Part shown: one piece after another, positions 55,189 to 64,000 of the stretch
Position numbering within the stretch: the stretch's first letter is position 1
Layout of the letters: the number at the start of each line of letters is the position of its first letter
Origin: an uncultured Pseudomonadota bacterium
GTDB taxonomy: Bacteria > Oederibacteriota > Muellerivitia > Muellerivitales > Muellerivitaceae
Direction of reading: 5' to 3'
DNA: 64,000 nucleotides
NCBI GenBank assembly: GCA_963836235.1
Contig: CAWIIP010000002.1
Coordinates: 1,952,001-2,016,000 of the forward strand
Notes under the pieces: generated by a model
Told to the model about the DNA's origin: nothing
The model's database searches: none
The model's input: the letters and a program-made list of their open reading frames with translations, nothing else
Program-made: the position numbers and the translations under genes

Positions 55189-55560
55189 ATGTGGAAAATC
55201 GAAGCGATTATCCGGCCTGAAAAACTAGAAGACGTCCAATCGCGCCTAAGCCGGATTGGATATCCGGGAATGATGGTCACCGAAATGGAGGGACATGGCC
55301 GGCAAAAGGGGCTTCACGCCGACTGGCCTCAGGGCATGAGGGTCAATTTTCTTCCCAAAACGAAGATGGAAATCGTAGTGGAGAACAAGGATAAGAAAAA
55401 GGTTCTCAAAGCTATTATGCTATCGGCCCACACTGGGGAACCGGGTGATGGGAAGATATTCATTTCCGAAGTAAAGGATGTTATCCGCATTCGGACCGGG
55501 GAACGGGGTACGAAGGCCCTTTCCAAAAAAGAGACGGCCAAAAGTGTTAGCCGCAGATAA
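55189..55560 (+). CDS. PII protein with shortened T-loop and basic C-terminal tail
   Basis: EAIIRP, GHGRQKGLHADWPQG, HTGEPGDGKIF, IRIRTGE. Confidence 0.93.
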   Translation: MWKIEAIIRPEKLEDVQSRLSRIGYPGMMVTEMEGHGRQKGLHADWPQGMRVNFLPKTKMEIVVENKDKKKVLKAIMLSAHTGEPGDGKIFISEVKDVIRIRTGERGTKALSKKETAKSVSRR

Positions 55561-55744
55561 ATATGGATTTCCGCCGATTACAAATCACTTTTCCCAGACG
55601 TCAAACCACTAAGCAGAATGTTTGTTTTTTCTTATTTGAGCGCATTCATGCGTCTAAATTAGCGGCTAGGTTTTTCAACAGTTTTCTTTTAATGAGCTTT
55701 TTAGTACCATACAACTTCTTCCAACTCTTTTCCGGAGGCTATAA

Positions 55745-56194
55745 ATGGCCGATTATCCGACACCCTACGTGTTCGTTTACGACGTTTTCTTAAAGGATGC
55801 CGTTAAGCATATTCAAATCGCCCCTTACGTGAAAACCTGGGTCCGGGCCGAGATGCCGGGAAAGTTGTATCAGCTCCCCACGGGCCTTCCGATAGTCGTG
55901 GAAGAAGAGGGGGGTAAAGTTTTCGGAGAAGTTATGACTTTTGAAGATATGGATGAGGTAATGGTAATCATCGATTCCCAGGAAGGCTACCGGGCGGACG
56001 CCCCACAAAATAGCCGCCTTTTAAGGGAAACCCGGGAAGTGACCTTATCTTCTACCGGCGAAAAGGTTAAAGCCATGGTTTATCTCTTTCCCAAGGAAAA
56101 ATTCAACGCCAAGGATATGTACGCGGTTTTTGCCCATGGGGGCGACTGGCGCAAGTTTGTCATGATGCCGAGGTTTGACGGGTATCAACATTGA
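55745..56194 (+). CDS. Gamma-glutamylcyclotransferase (GGACT/AIG2)-like protein
   Basis: VFVY, G.LY....G.P, V.GEV, ID.QEGY, GGDW. Confidence 0.78.
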   Translation: MADYPTPYVFVYDVFLKDAVKHIQIAPYVKTWVRAEMPGKLYQLPTGLPIVVEEEGGKVFGEVMTFEDMDEVMVIIDSQEGYRADAPQNSRLLRETREVTLSSTGEKVKAMVYLFPKEKFNAKDMYAVFAHGGDWRKFVMMPRFDGYQH

Positions 56195-56231
56195 GTTGAT
56201 TTTAAGCCTTGATATTGAGTTCCTCATTTCG

Positions 56232-56264
56232 AAAGGAGCGCGGAAACCGCGCTCCTTTTTATTT
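56232..56264 (+). terminator. Intrinsic terminator
   Basis: AAAGGAGCGCGG-AAA-CCGCGCTCCTTTTT. Confidence 0.85.
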
Positions 56265-56384
56265 TGAGATAGGTTACGAACTTCATTCGAAAAGCCATCG
56301 TCATTAAATAACTCCGGAAACGAAATGGAAGTTTCGCTTCGCCTCCTCTAAAATGACCCTTCTTTTAATCCAGCCGGGGGTCGC

Positions 56385-57176
56385 ATGGTTTCCAAGATTA
56401 CCTTTCTTTATTTCGGTTTCATGGCTTGGGGATGTCTAGCCCTTTTGCCAATCGTGAAACTTCAGGAAATAGGACAGGGTTTTTACCGCTTTTTTGGGTT
56501 TTTATGCGTGACTCTGGATACCCTGGCTCTTGGGTTGGCAATTTTCAGTGGGCCGGATTTTGACGTTCATTTCCATCATGCCGCCTGGGCCCTGGGTATA
56601 TCCCTCTTTTTCACCCTTTGTTTTACCATCGCTTTGAAGGTGAGAGTCCGTTGGTTTTTGTGGGTTTGCTATTGGCTGGCAGTTGTAAGCGGAGGGTGCG
56701 CCATCGGGTTTTATCCCTGGCAGGCCGGGGACGGCCCACGGCTCCTTCTTTTCCACGCGGTCTGCTCGAGCCTTCTTTTAGGATCGGGGATCCTTGCCAT
56801 GATGCTGGGCCATTGGTACCTGGTCACTCCCAAACTTTCCATCACCCCCTTGAAGCGTTACTCGGGCGCCTATATCCTTCTGACGGTTTTAACAGCTTTG
56901 GAATTGGCGGCTAGTTACCTCTTATATGTAGGATTTGGATCGGAACCTTCCACACCTTTGGGAGCCCATCTCATTCATGAAGAAGTGATATTCACCCTTT
57001 TTCGGGTGGCTTGGGGAATCATCCCGCCTTTGGGAATGGCCTATTGGATATGGGAAACGGTACGGATGAAATCCACCCAGTCCGCGACCGGAATCCTTTA
57101 CGCCGCGATGGTCTGTACCATCATCGGCGAGGGTATGGGGCTTTATTTGACAATCCAAACGGGGGTTCCTTTTTAA
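56385..57176 (+). CDS. Multi-TM membrane protein of unknown function
   Basis: About 8 TM; MMLGHWYL..P and STQSATGILY motifs. Confidence 0.75.
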   Translation: MVSKITFLYFGFMAWGCLALLPIVKLQEIGQGFYRFFGFLCVTLDTLALGLAIFSGPDFDVHFHHAAWALGISLFFTLCFTIALKVRVRWFLWVCYWLAVVSGGCAIGFYPWQAGDGPRLLLFHAVCSSLLLGSGILAMMLGHWYLVTPKLSITPLKRYSGAYILLTVLTALELAASYLLYVGFGSEPSTPLGAHLIHEEVIFTLFRVAWGIIPPLGMAYWIWETVRMKSTQSATGILYAAMVCTIIGEGMGLYLTIQTGVPF

Positions 57177-57620
57177 ATGGAAATCAACAGCTACTGCCCG
57201 GAATGCGAGAATGGGATTTTTCTATATGAAATGCCCACGGCGGGTTTATTGCCCTGTAAGCGTTGCGGCAAAGGAAGGGAAGCCACGGGCAACGGGGAAC
57301 TGGACGCCCAGGGGGCTATCCAAAAGTGCGGCCTTTGCGGCTGTACAGAGTTTTACCGCCAAAAGGATTTCAACACTAAACTGGGGCTTTGGTTGATCGT
57401 GCTCATGGTGATTTTGGCGATCGTGTTCAACAAGTGGTTCATCCAAATCCTGATCGTTTTCGCGGTCCTGGACCTGGCCCTTTATTTTGGGCTAGGTGAT
57501 ATCGTCCTCTGCTATAACTGCAGGGCCATTTACCGGGGCCTGCCCATTTCAGAAAAAATTGGCGGGTTTGATTTAAAAATCCATGACCAATATGCCTTTA
57601 AGAATAAGAAGCCGGAATAA
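57177..57620 (+). CDS. Zn-ribbon membrane protein
   Basis: Four CxxC pairs, FYRQKDFN, two TM segments. Confidence 0.75.
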   Translation: MEINSYCPECENGIFLYEMPTAGLLPCKRCGKGREATGNGELDAQGAIQKCGLCGCTEFYRQKDFNTKLGLWLIVLMVILAIVFNKWFIQILIVFAVLDLALYFGLGDIVLCYNCRAIYRGLPISEKIGGFDLKIHDQYAFKNKKPE

Positions 57621-57629
57621 GGAGCAGAT

Positions 57630-58508
57630 ATGCCGGACCAGCCATCCAACCCCGCCGGACCCCAGGGAAACAACCAAGACCCCCTTTACGCCCCGGAGTC
57701 GGGTTTCTCTCTTTTCTTGAAGCTGTTTATCGTTCCGGCCGCCATCGTTGCCGTGGCCTTGGGCATCTTTCTATTAGGGACTCTGGCCATCCAACATCCT
57801 AAAAGCGCCCAAGAGTACTTGGAAGAACTTCGAAGCGACAGCACCAGCCGCCGCTGGCAGGCGGCCTATGAGCTTTCCCGCATGTTGAACCAGGGGGAAA
57901 AAGTCGAGTTCGACGAAAACCTGCGGGCCGACTTGGTGAAAACCTTCACTGAAGCCAAAAAGGATGACCCCCGGGTAAGGGAATATTTAGCCCTGGTCCT
58001 GGGGCGGATGAAGGAGAAGTCGGCGGTACTGGCCTTGTCCGACGCGGTCGGGGATGAGTCCGACGACGTAAAAATCTACAGTCTATGGGCCCTGGGCAAC
58101 ATTGAAGACCCGGCTGGCGGTCCCGCGGCCCTTCAGGCCCTGTCGAATTCGAACCCCGAGGTTCAACGCATGGCCGTCGGAGCCTTGAGCGCCCTTCGTT
58201 ATGAACCGGCGAAAAACGCCCTGGAGGCTAATTTGACCAGTTCCAACGAAGGCTTGAAATATGATTCGGCGGTGGCCCTCGCCCGGATCAAGGATGAGCA
58301 GGCTATCCCAACCCTGTTATATATGATGAACCTCAAGGCGACCGGACAGCCGGGCGACGAAATTATCCAGTCCGCCAAAATCGCGGCTATTGAGGGAGCC
58401 CAGGAACTGAACAATGCCGGTCTACATGCCCAAGTGGTCGCCCTGAGCCAGAATGATCCTGATTTAAAGGTGCGGGAAGCGGCCTTGGATGCCCTCAAGA
58501 AGCCATAA
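57630..58508 (+). CDS. Membrane-anchored HEAT-repeat protein
   Basis: One TM then RWQAA, D.RVR..ALVLG, D..VREAA repeats. Confidence 0.85.
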   Translation: MPDQPSNPAGPQGNNQDPLYAPESGFSLFLKLFIVPAAIVAVALGIFLLGTLAIQHPKSAQEYLEELRSDSTSRRWQAAYELSRMLNQGEKVEFDENLRADLVKTFTEAKKDDPRVREYLALVLGRMKEKSAVLALSDAVGDESDDVKIYSLWALGNIEDPAGGPAALQALSNSNPEVQRMAVGALSALRYEPAKNALEANLTSSNEGLKYDSAVALARIKDEQAIPTLLYMMNLKATGQPGDEIIQSAKIAAIEGAQELNNAGLHAQVVALSQNDPDLKVREAALDALKKP

Positions 58509-58526
58509 AAAGTTCGAGGCGATAGT

Positions 58527-59219
58527 GTGATCATTTCTGAAACCCAGATCGATAAGCATTCCTGCATCATCCTGGACCCGCCGATTATCCAATCCGGTTC
58601 GCCTGTAATCGTTGTTCTTCATGGATTGGGAACCAACTCAGACGATCTGGTCCCCTTTTGTGAACAATTGAACCTTCCGGATTGCCGGTTTGTCCTGCCC
58701 GATGCGCCCCTGCATTTGCCGGGTTATCCGGAAGGGGCCTATGCCTGGTATGATTTTCAAGCTCATGATCGGTTGGAAATCGTAGATAGCCGGGAATATC
58801 TTTTTAAAGTGATGGACCGGTTTTCCGACGACCCCAATTTACGGCCCGCTCCCGGTAGCGAGAAAAAAATATCGCCTATCATTCTCATGGGTTTTTCCCA
58901 GGGGGGAGTGATGTCTTTGGAAGCGGGGTTAAACTACAAAGGCAAGATAGCGGCCATCGTTTCCATGAGCGGTTATATGCCCGATCCTTGGGCCACCTTG
59001 ACCAAGGCCGAAGCCCCGCTTGAAACGCCCATCCTGTTGGTTCATGGGGCCGAGGACCAGGTAGTTCCGTTGGAAGGCTCACACCACGCCGCTGAATCAC
59101 TCAAGCAGACGGGATACAACCCGGTTCTCAAGGTATTTCCCATGGGTCACACCATCACCTTGGAATCCCTCAAGGAAGTTTCGAATTTTCTTAAGGAAAT
59201 AATCGTCAAAAATCGTTAA
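58527..59219 (+). CDS. Phospholipase/carboxylesterase (alpha/beta hydrolase)
   Basis: LHGLG, GFSQGG, HG.ED.VVP, MGH. Confidence 0.92.
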   Translation: MIISETQIDKHSCIILDPPIIQSGSPVIVVLHGLGTNSDDLVPFCEQLNLPDCRFVLPDAPLHLPGYPEGAYAWYDFQAHDRLEIVDSREYLFKVMDRFSDDPNLRPAPGSEKKISPIILMGFSQGGVMSLEAGLNYKGKIAAIVSMSGYMPDPWATLTKAEAPLETPILLVHGAEDQVVPLEGSHHAAESLKQTGYNPVLKVFPMGHTITLESLKEVSNFLKEIIVKNR

Positions 59220-59342
59220 GAGCCTCACTCATAAAGGCTTCTTAGCCGCTTGAGAATGACTTGAAAACCCACCAGCCCCTTTGTAACTTAACGACGTTGG
59301 GTTTGCCTTATTTGAAATTACATTTTTTTTGGAGGAGTAAAC

Positions 59343-60257
59343 ATGAGTTGGCTTCGACGGATTTTCCTTTTTGCCCTGGTCAATATCCTGGTGATGGTGA
59401 CCATCACTACGGTCATTCAATTGCTCGGCCTTCAGTCTTTTTTCTCCCAAAGAGGGATGGATTACGGTTCCCTGATGGTTTTTTGCCTGGTTTGGGGTTT
59501 TGGGGGGGCTTTTATCTCGCTGCTGCTTTCCCGATGGATGGCCAAAACCATGATGGGGGTCCAGGTCATCAATCCGGCAAATCCGGGAAGCCAGGATGAA
59601 CGCTGGCTAGTGGAGACCGTTCATCGTTTGGCCAAGAGCGCAGGCTTGGAAACCATGCCGGAAGTGGGCTTTTACAACAGTCCTGACCCTAACGCATTTG
59701 CCACGGGGCCGGGCCGGGACAGTGCCCTAGTAGCCGTTTCCAACGGGCTTTTTCAATTGATGAACAAAGACGAAATCGAGGGCGTGTTGGGGCATGAGCT
59801 CACCCATGTCACCAATGGGGATATGGTTACCATGACTTTGCTCCAGGGCGTTATCAACGCCTTCGTTATGTTTTTGGCCTACGCCGTTTCTTTCGCGTTA
59901 ACCCGTAGCAACGACCGGCGGGAAAATAACTATATGACCCAATATTTTGTCCGTATGGCGTTGCAAATGGTTTTTGGAATCCTTGGAATGATTCCCCTGA
60001 TGGCTTTTTCCCGCTGGCGGGAATACCGCGCGGACGCGGGAAGCGCCCGGTTATCCGGGAAAACCAAAATGATCAACGCCTTGAAGGAACTGCAAAAGGC
60101 CTATGAGCATCCGGTGCAGGCCCCGGCGGAACCGGCCACTGTCGCGGCTTTCAAGATATCCAGCCGGGATGGCTTTTCCCTTTTCGCCAGCCACCCGCCC
60201 TTGGAAAAGAGGATTGAGCGATTAGAATCGGGTTCTTTGATAGCTTCGGAAGATTAA
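59343..60257 (+). CDS. htpX: Zinc metalloprotease HtpX
   Basis: PNAFATG, HELTH..NGDMVTMTLLQG, FSRWREYRAD, SHPPLEKRI. Confidence 0.96.
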   Translation: MSWLRRIFLFALVNILVMVTITTVIQLLGLQSFFSQRGMDYGSLMVFCLVWGFGGAFISLLLSRWMAKTMMGVQVINPANPGSQDERWLVETVHRLAKSAGLETMPEVGFYNSPDPNAFATGPGRDSALVAVSNGLFQLMNKDEIEGVLGHELTHVTNGDMVTMTLLQGVINAFVMFLAYAVSFALTRSNDRRENNYMTQYFVRMALQMVFGILGMIPLMAFSRWREYRADAGSARLSGKTKMINALKELQKAYEHPVQAPAEPATVAAFKISSRDGFSLFASHPPLEKRIERLESGSLIASED

Positions 60258-60306
60258 AGAGGATGGTCTATGAAGACGGTTCCCAATCGGGGCCGCCTTT
60301 TTTGTT

Positions 60307-61365
60307 TTACGGCCAGTTGACCGGCAGGGAATCGGGGTGAAATAAGGAACCCGCTTTTTTGTAATGAAAAGCCAAGTTAATAACTTGTCCACCTCTTAGG
60401 GCTTCTATATGGAGACGTTCCCAAGCGTAGTCACTTTTTCCCCCAATGTTTTTGGCTTGGCTCCAGAACTTAAGTCCTTTAGTTCGATGACCCCTCAAAA
60501 ATTCGACTTCCGCGAACCCCAATAAGGAATAGATGCGACCACGAGTGTCACCGGTTTTCTTGAATAGGCCATCCGCCTTTTGAAAGGCCGACCAAGCCGG
60601 AGAATAGTCACCTAACAGCTTATAAGTGGTACCAATAGACCAGAGGGTATAAGCGTAACTGACCCGGTCGCCGATCGTTCCATAGAGCTTTTCGGCTTTT
60701 TTATAGAAGGGAAGGGCCTGTTGGAAACGGCCCGCCATCCGCTCCACATTGCCCAAACCGCAGTAGGAATAAGCGATTCCGAAGGTATCCTTGCGCAGGC
60801 GCATGAGGCGGTTGGCTTCCTTATAAAATTTTCCTGAATCCTTATAGCGTCCCAACATTCGGAAAATTCCGCCCAGAGCACAACAGCTGTAAGCAACACC
60901 CTCTTTGTTTTTAAGCGACTTGAATATTCGCAGGGCGGTCTGAAGCTCCTTGAGGCCCGCGGTCATTTTGCCGGCAATCCTTAGGGTGCCGCCCAGCGCC
61001 CAATGGGTGAAAGCCTCCCCTTGATCATCTTTTTGCATTTGGTAGGCCGTAAGCGCCTTTCGCAGAATGACGAGGGCTTTCTTAGGTCTTCCGCAAGCCC
61101 GAGCCGCAAGAGCCCACCCGACTTGGGCGTCCCAATAAGTTTCATCGTGTTGCTTTTCAAAAATATTAGAGGCCTTCAGATAATTTTGGAGAGCTTTGGA
61201 GAAGTCGCCCTGGATTCTTTCAACGTCCGCTAAACCTAGGAGCGCCTCAGCTTTTTCCATAAGAGTTAGAGAAGGAATTAGAATTAATTTTTTATAAATA
61301 TTTTGAGCGGCGCGAAATTGAGAAGCTTCTCGGGCCTTTTCAGCCTTCTCAAATAAACGATCCAA
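60307..61365 (-). CDS. Tetratricopeptide repeat protein
   Basis: About seven ~40-aa TPR units (AYS...LG...R..G). Confidence 0.88.
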   Translation of the reverse strand: MDRLFEKAEKAREASQFRAAQNIYKKLILIPSLTLMEKAEALLGLADVERIQGDFSKALQNYLKASNIFEKQHDETYWDAQVGWALAARACGRPKKALVILRKALTAYQMQKDDQGEAFTHWALGGTLRIAGKMTAGLKELQTALRIFKSLKNKEGVAYSCCALGGIFRMLGRYKDSGKFYKEANRLMRLRKDTFGIAYSYCGLGNVERMAGRFQQALPFYKKAEKLYGTIGDRVSYAYTLWSIGTTYKLLGDYSPAWSAFQKADGLFKKTGDTRGRIYSLLGFAEVEFLRGHRTKGLKFWSQAKNIGGKSDYAWERLHIEALRGGQVINLAFHYKKAGSLFHPDSLPVNWP

Positions 61366-61552
61366 AAGAAATCCTTTTCTTATTAATGATGCTCATCATA
61401 AACGAATCCGATTTTAGGAAAGATAATCGGCCCGCGAATTAAAAACAAACGAAAAATAACGTATTTGTAATTTTATACAAAACAGTTGTTTTGCATGCAT
61501 AATGCTCTCCCTATTGGTTTCTTTCAAAATTTACGAATCCAAGGAGAAAAAG

Positions 61553-62875
61553 ATGAAGTTTCTTCACGGTTCTTTTGATGGATTAAGAGGAAAATCGGCT
61601 GGGTGGTTCACCGCGGGTTTTGCCTTCTTGATGGCCGGCTCCGCCATGGGCCAAGTAAATACGGTTCCGGCCATCAGCGCGGGCGATACGGCCTGGGTCT
61701 TGACGTCGGCAGCTTTGGTTTTGCTGATGACACCGGGGTTGGCGTTCTTCTACGCCGGAATGGTGCGCCGGAAAAACGTCATGGCTACGATTCTCCAGAG
61801 TTTCTTTCTGGTGGCCCTCATCAGCGTGCAATGGGTTATCTGGGGTTATTCCCTGGCTTTCGGAAACAACGGAAGCAATTTCTGGGGAGGATTGGGCTGG
61901 CTTTTCCTGGACAACATGCCGGCGGTCAGTCCCCTGGCCCCCACCATTCCCCACTACGCCTTCATGATCTTCCAAGCCATGTTCGCCATCATCACGCCAG
62001 CTCTTATTTGCGGGGCCTATGCCGAGAGGGTGAAATTTAAGGGCTTCGTGGCTTTCTCGCTTCTCTGGGCCACTTTCGTTTATGACCCCATCGCCCATTG
62101 GGTTTGGGGTGGTGGTTATTTTAAGGACGCCCTGGATTTCGCCGGAGGAACGGTGGTTCATATGTCCTCCGGTTATTCGGCATTGACCCTCGCCCTGCTT
62201 TTAGGAACCCGAAAGGGTTACGGAAGGGAATCCATGGTTCCCCATAACCTTACTATGGTCCTTTTGGGGGCCAGTTTACTTTGGTTTGGATGGTTCGGGT
62301 TCAATGCCGGATCGGCGGGCGCCGCCAATGCCTTGGCCTGCAACGCCTTTGTTACCACCAACACGGCCACGGCCATGGCGGCTATTACCTGGTGCGCCAT
62401 AGAGCTTTTCCACCATGGAAAAGCCTCTTCACTCGGTGCGGCTTCAGGGGCGGTGGCGGGACTGGTAGCGATCACCCCGGCTTGCGGCTTTGTGGATGTG
62501 AAAGCCTCGCTCATCATCGGGTTTGTGGTGAGTTTCCTTTGTTACACCGCGATTCAGATAAAAGTGAAGCTGGGTTATGACGATTCCCTGGACGCTTTCG
62601 GGGTACATGGAGTTGGTGGAACTTGGGGAGCTTTGGCCACCGGGTTGTTCGCCTTGAAGGCCATCAATGGCACGGATGGGCTTTTCGCGGGAAACCCCGC
62701 CCAGTTCTTCATCCAATTGAAAACGGTAGCCGCTACAGCTGTTTATTCGATTTTAGTCACCATCGTTATTTATTTCTTGGTCGAAAAAACGATCGGGATG
62801 AGGGTCGGTGTGAAGGACGAGGAATTGGGCTTGGACTTATCACAACATGGGGAAGAGGGTTACAACCTAAGGTAA
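61553..62875 (+). CDS. amtB: Ammonium transporter AmtB
   Basis: AAGGAG RBS; GDTAW, MTPGLAFFY.G, DFAGGTVVH, DDSLDAFGVHG. Confidence 0.97.
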   Translation: MKFLHGSFDGLRGKSAGWFTAGFAFLMAGSAMGQVNTVPAISAGDTAWVLTSAALVLLMTPGLAFFYAGMVRRKNVMATILQSFFLVALISVQWVIWGYSLAFGNNGSNFWGGLGWLFLDNMPAVSPLAPTIPHYAFMIFQAMFAIITPALICGAYAERVKFKGFVAFSLLWATFVYDPIAHWVWGGGYFKDALDFAGGTVVHMSSGYSALTLALLLGTRKGYGRESMVPHNLTMVLLGASLLWFGWFGFNAGSAGAANALACNAFVTTNTATAMAAITWCAIELFHHGKASSLGAASGAVAGLVAITPACGFVDVKASLIIGFVVSFLCYTAIQIKVKLGYDDSLDAFGVHGVGGTWGALATGLFALKAINGTDGLFAGNPAQFFIQLKTVAATAVYSILVTIVIYFLVEKTIGMRVGVKDEELGLDLSQHGEEGYNLR

Positions 62876-62899
62876 AAAAGTCTTATTTAATCTGAATAA

Positions 62900-63247
<348 letters not shown>

Positions 63248-63328
63248 TCCAATTTGAGTTAAACTAATGGCCTGGTTGTCCGGTGAACCCCGCACGGCCG
63301 GGCTATTTTTTAAAAAAGAAAGGTTTCC

Positions 63329-64000
63329 ATGCGTTTGAAATCTTATGGACTGCTTTTCGCCTGGTGCCTATTAGCCGGAACCCAAGTTTTGGCTGGAGAA
63401 TCCCTCGCAACCCTAAAGGTCGTCCCCTGGAACGGGCATAAGGCGGCCACCTCTCTGACCTTTGACGACGGCGATCCTTCCCATTTGGACGTGGTGGTTC
63501 CGGAGCTCAACAAAAGGCGCCTACATGGAACCTTCTTCCTGATCGCCAACAAGATCGACCGTAAAGACGATTGGCGCAAGATCCTGGCGGACGGCCATGA
63601 GATCGGCAACCATACGCTGGACCACAAACACGCCAATGAATTGACGCCCCAGGATGAGGAAGCCCAAGTCGTGGGCGCGCAGAATGTCCTTCAAAAGGAA
63701 TTTGGCATCGCGGTTTACAGCTTTGCCTATCCTTTCGTCGAGATATCGCCGGGCCTCAAGGTCCAGGTGGCCAGGACCGATCTTTTAGCCCGGGGCGGCT
63801 ATGGCGCCAATTACGACATCACCCCCGACCAGGACCTCGATTGGATGAATGTTCCTTCCCAAACCACCATGACGGCCTTTCCCTTTTCCACCTACCAAGG
63901 ATGGATCGACGACGATTATCAAAAAGGGGGATGGCTGGTGTGGATGATCCATGGCTTGGAAGGAACACAGTGGGGCTGGCAGCCCATCACCAAAAAAATA
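63329..64000 (+). CDS. Polysaccharide deacetylase family protein, 3'-truncated by the window edge
   Basis: Signal peptide; SLTFDDG, GTFF, HEIGNHT.DH, FAYPF; no stop before the window end. Confidence 0.88.
   Translation, partial: MRLKSYGLLFAWCLLAGTQVLAGESLATLKVVPWNGHKAATSLTFDDGDPSHLDVVVPELNKRRLHGTFFLIANKIDRKDDWRKILADGHEIGNHTLDHKHANELTPQDEEAQVVGAQNVLQKEFGIAVYSFAYPFVEISPGLKVQVARTDLLARGGYGANYDITPDQDLDWMNVPSQTTMTAFPFSTYQGWIDDDYQKGGWLVWMIHGLEGTQWGWQPITKKI

Overview
Chromosomal window (no prophage, CRISPR, rRNA or tRNA seen) from a diderm bacterium: it has an LPS heptosyltransferase, outer-membrane barrels, sigma-54 promoters and c-di-AMP riboswitches. Thr-rich secreted proteins with FlgD-Ig/T9SS-like C-terminal domains suggest, by inference only, a poorly studied lineage such as FCPU426. 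Two ion-homeostasis clusters dominate. (1) Potassium, 7-24 kb: kdpED divergent from [two micro-ORFs]-kdpF-kdpA-[ORF]-kdpB-kdpC-PII, then three unannotated paralogous 23-26 aa membrane peptides, a Crp/Fnr regulator and two KimA/KUP-like APC transporters, each behind a c-di-AMP riboswitch. (2) Nitrogen/ammonium, 42-63 kb: a minimal KdpD/KdpE-like pair divergent from an APC permease fused to a PII domain, two amt genes, a CitMHS/IT-family transporter, a porin and four more PII genes. That gives six PII domains, each next to a different transport protein. The middle holds an ECF sigma/NrsF pair with a divergent cupredoxin-on-a-Thr-stalk and a heme-motif barrel, a CusB/CusA-like pair, duplicated secreted proteins and housekeeping genes. 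Best novelty candidates are the PII-per-transporter network including the APC-PII fusion, the micropeptide triplet with distinct predicted KdpE and Crp/Fnr promoters, and a shared KdpE-like box over both riboswitch promoters. All functional statements come from motif reading; no database searches were run.
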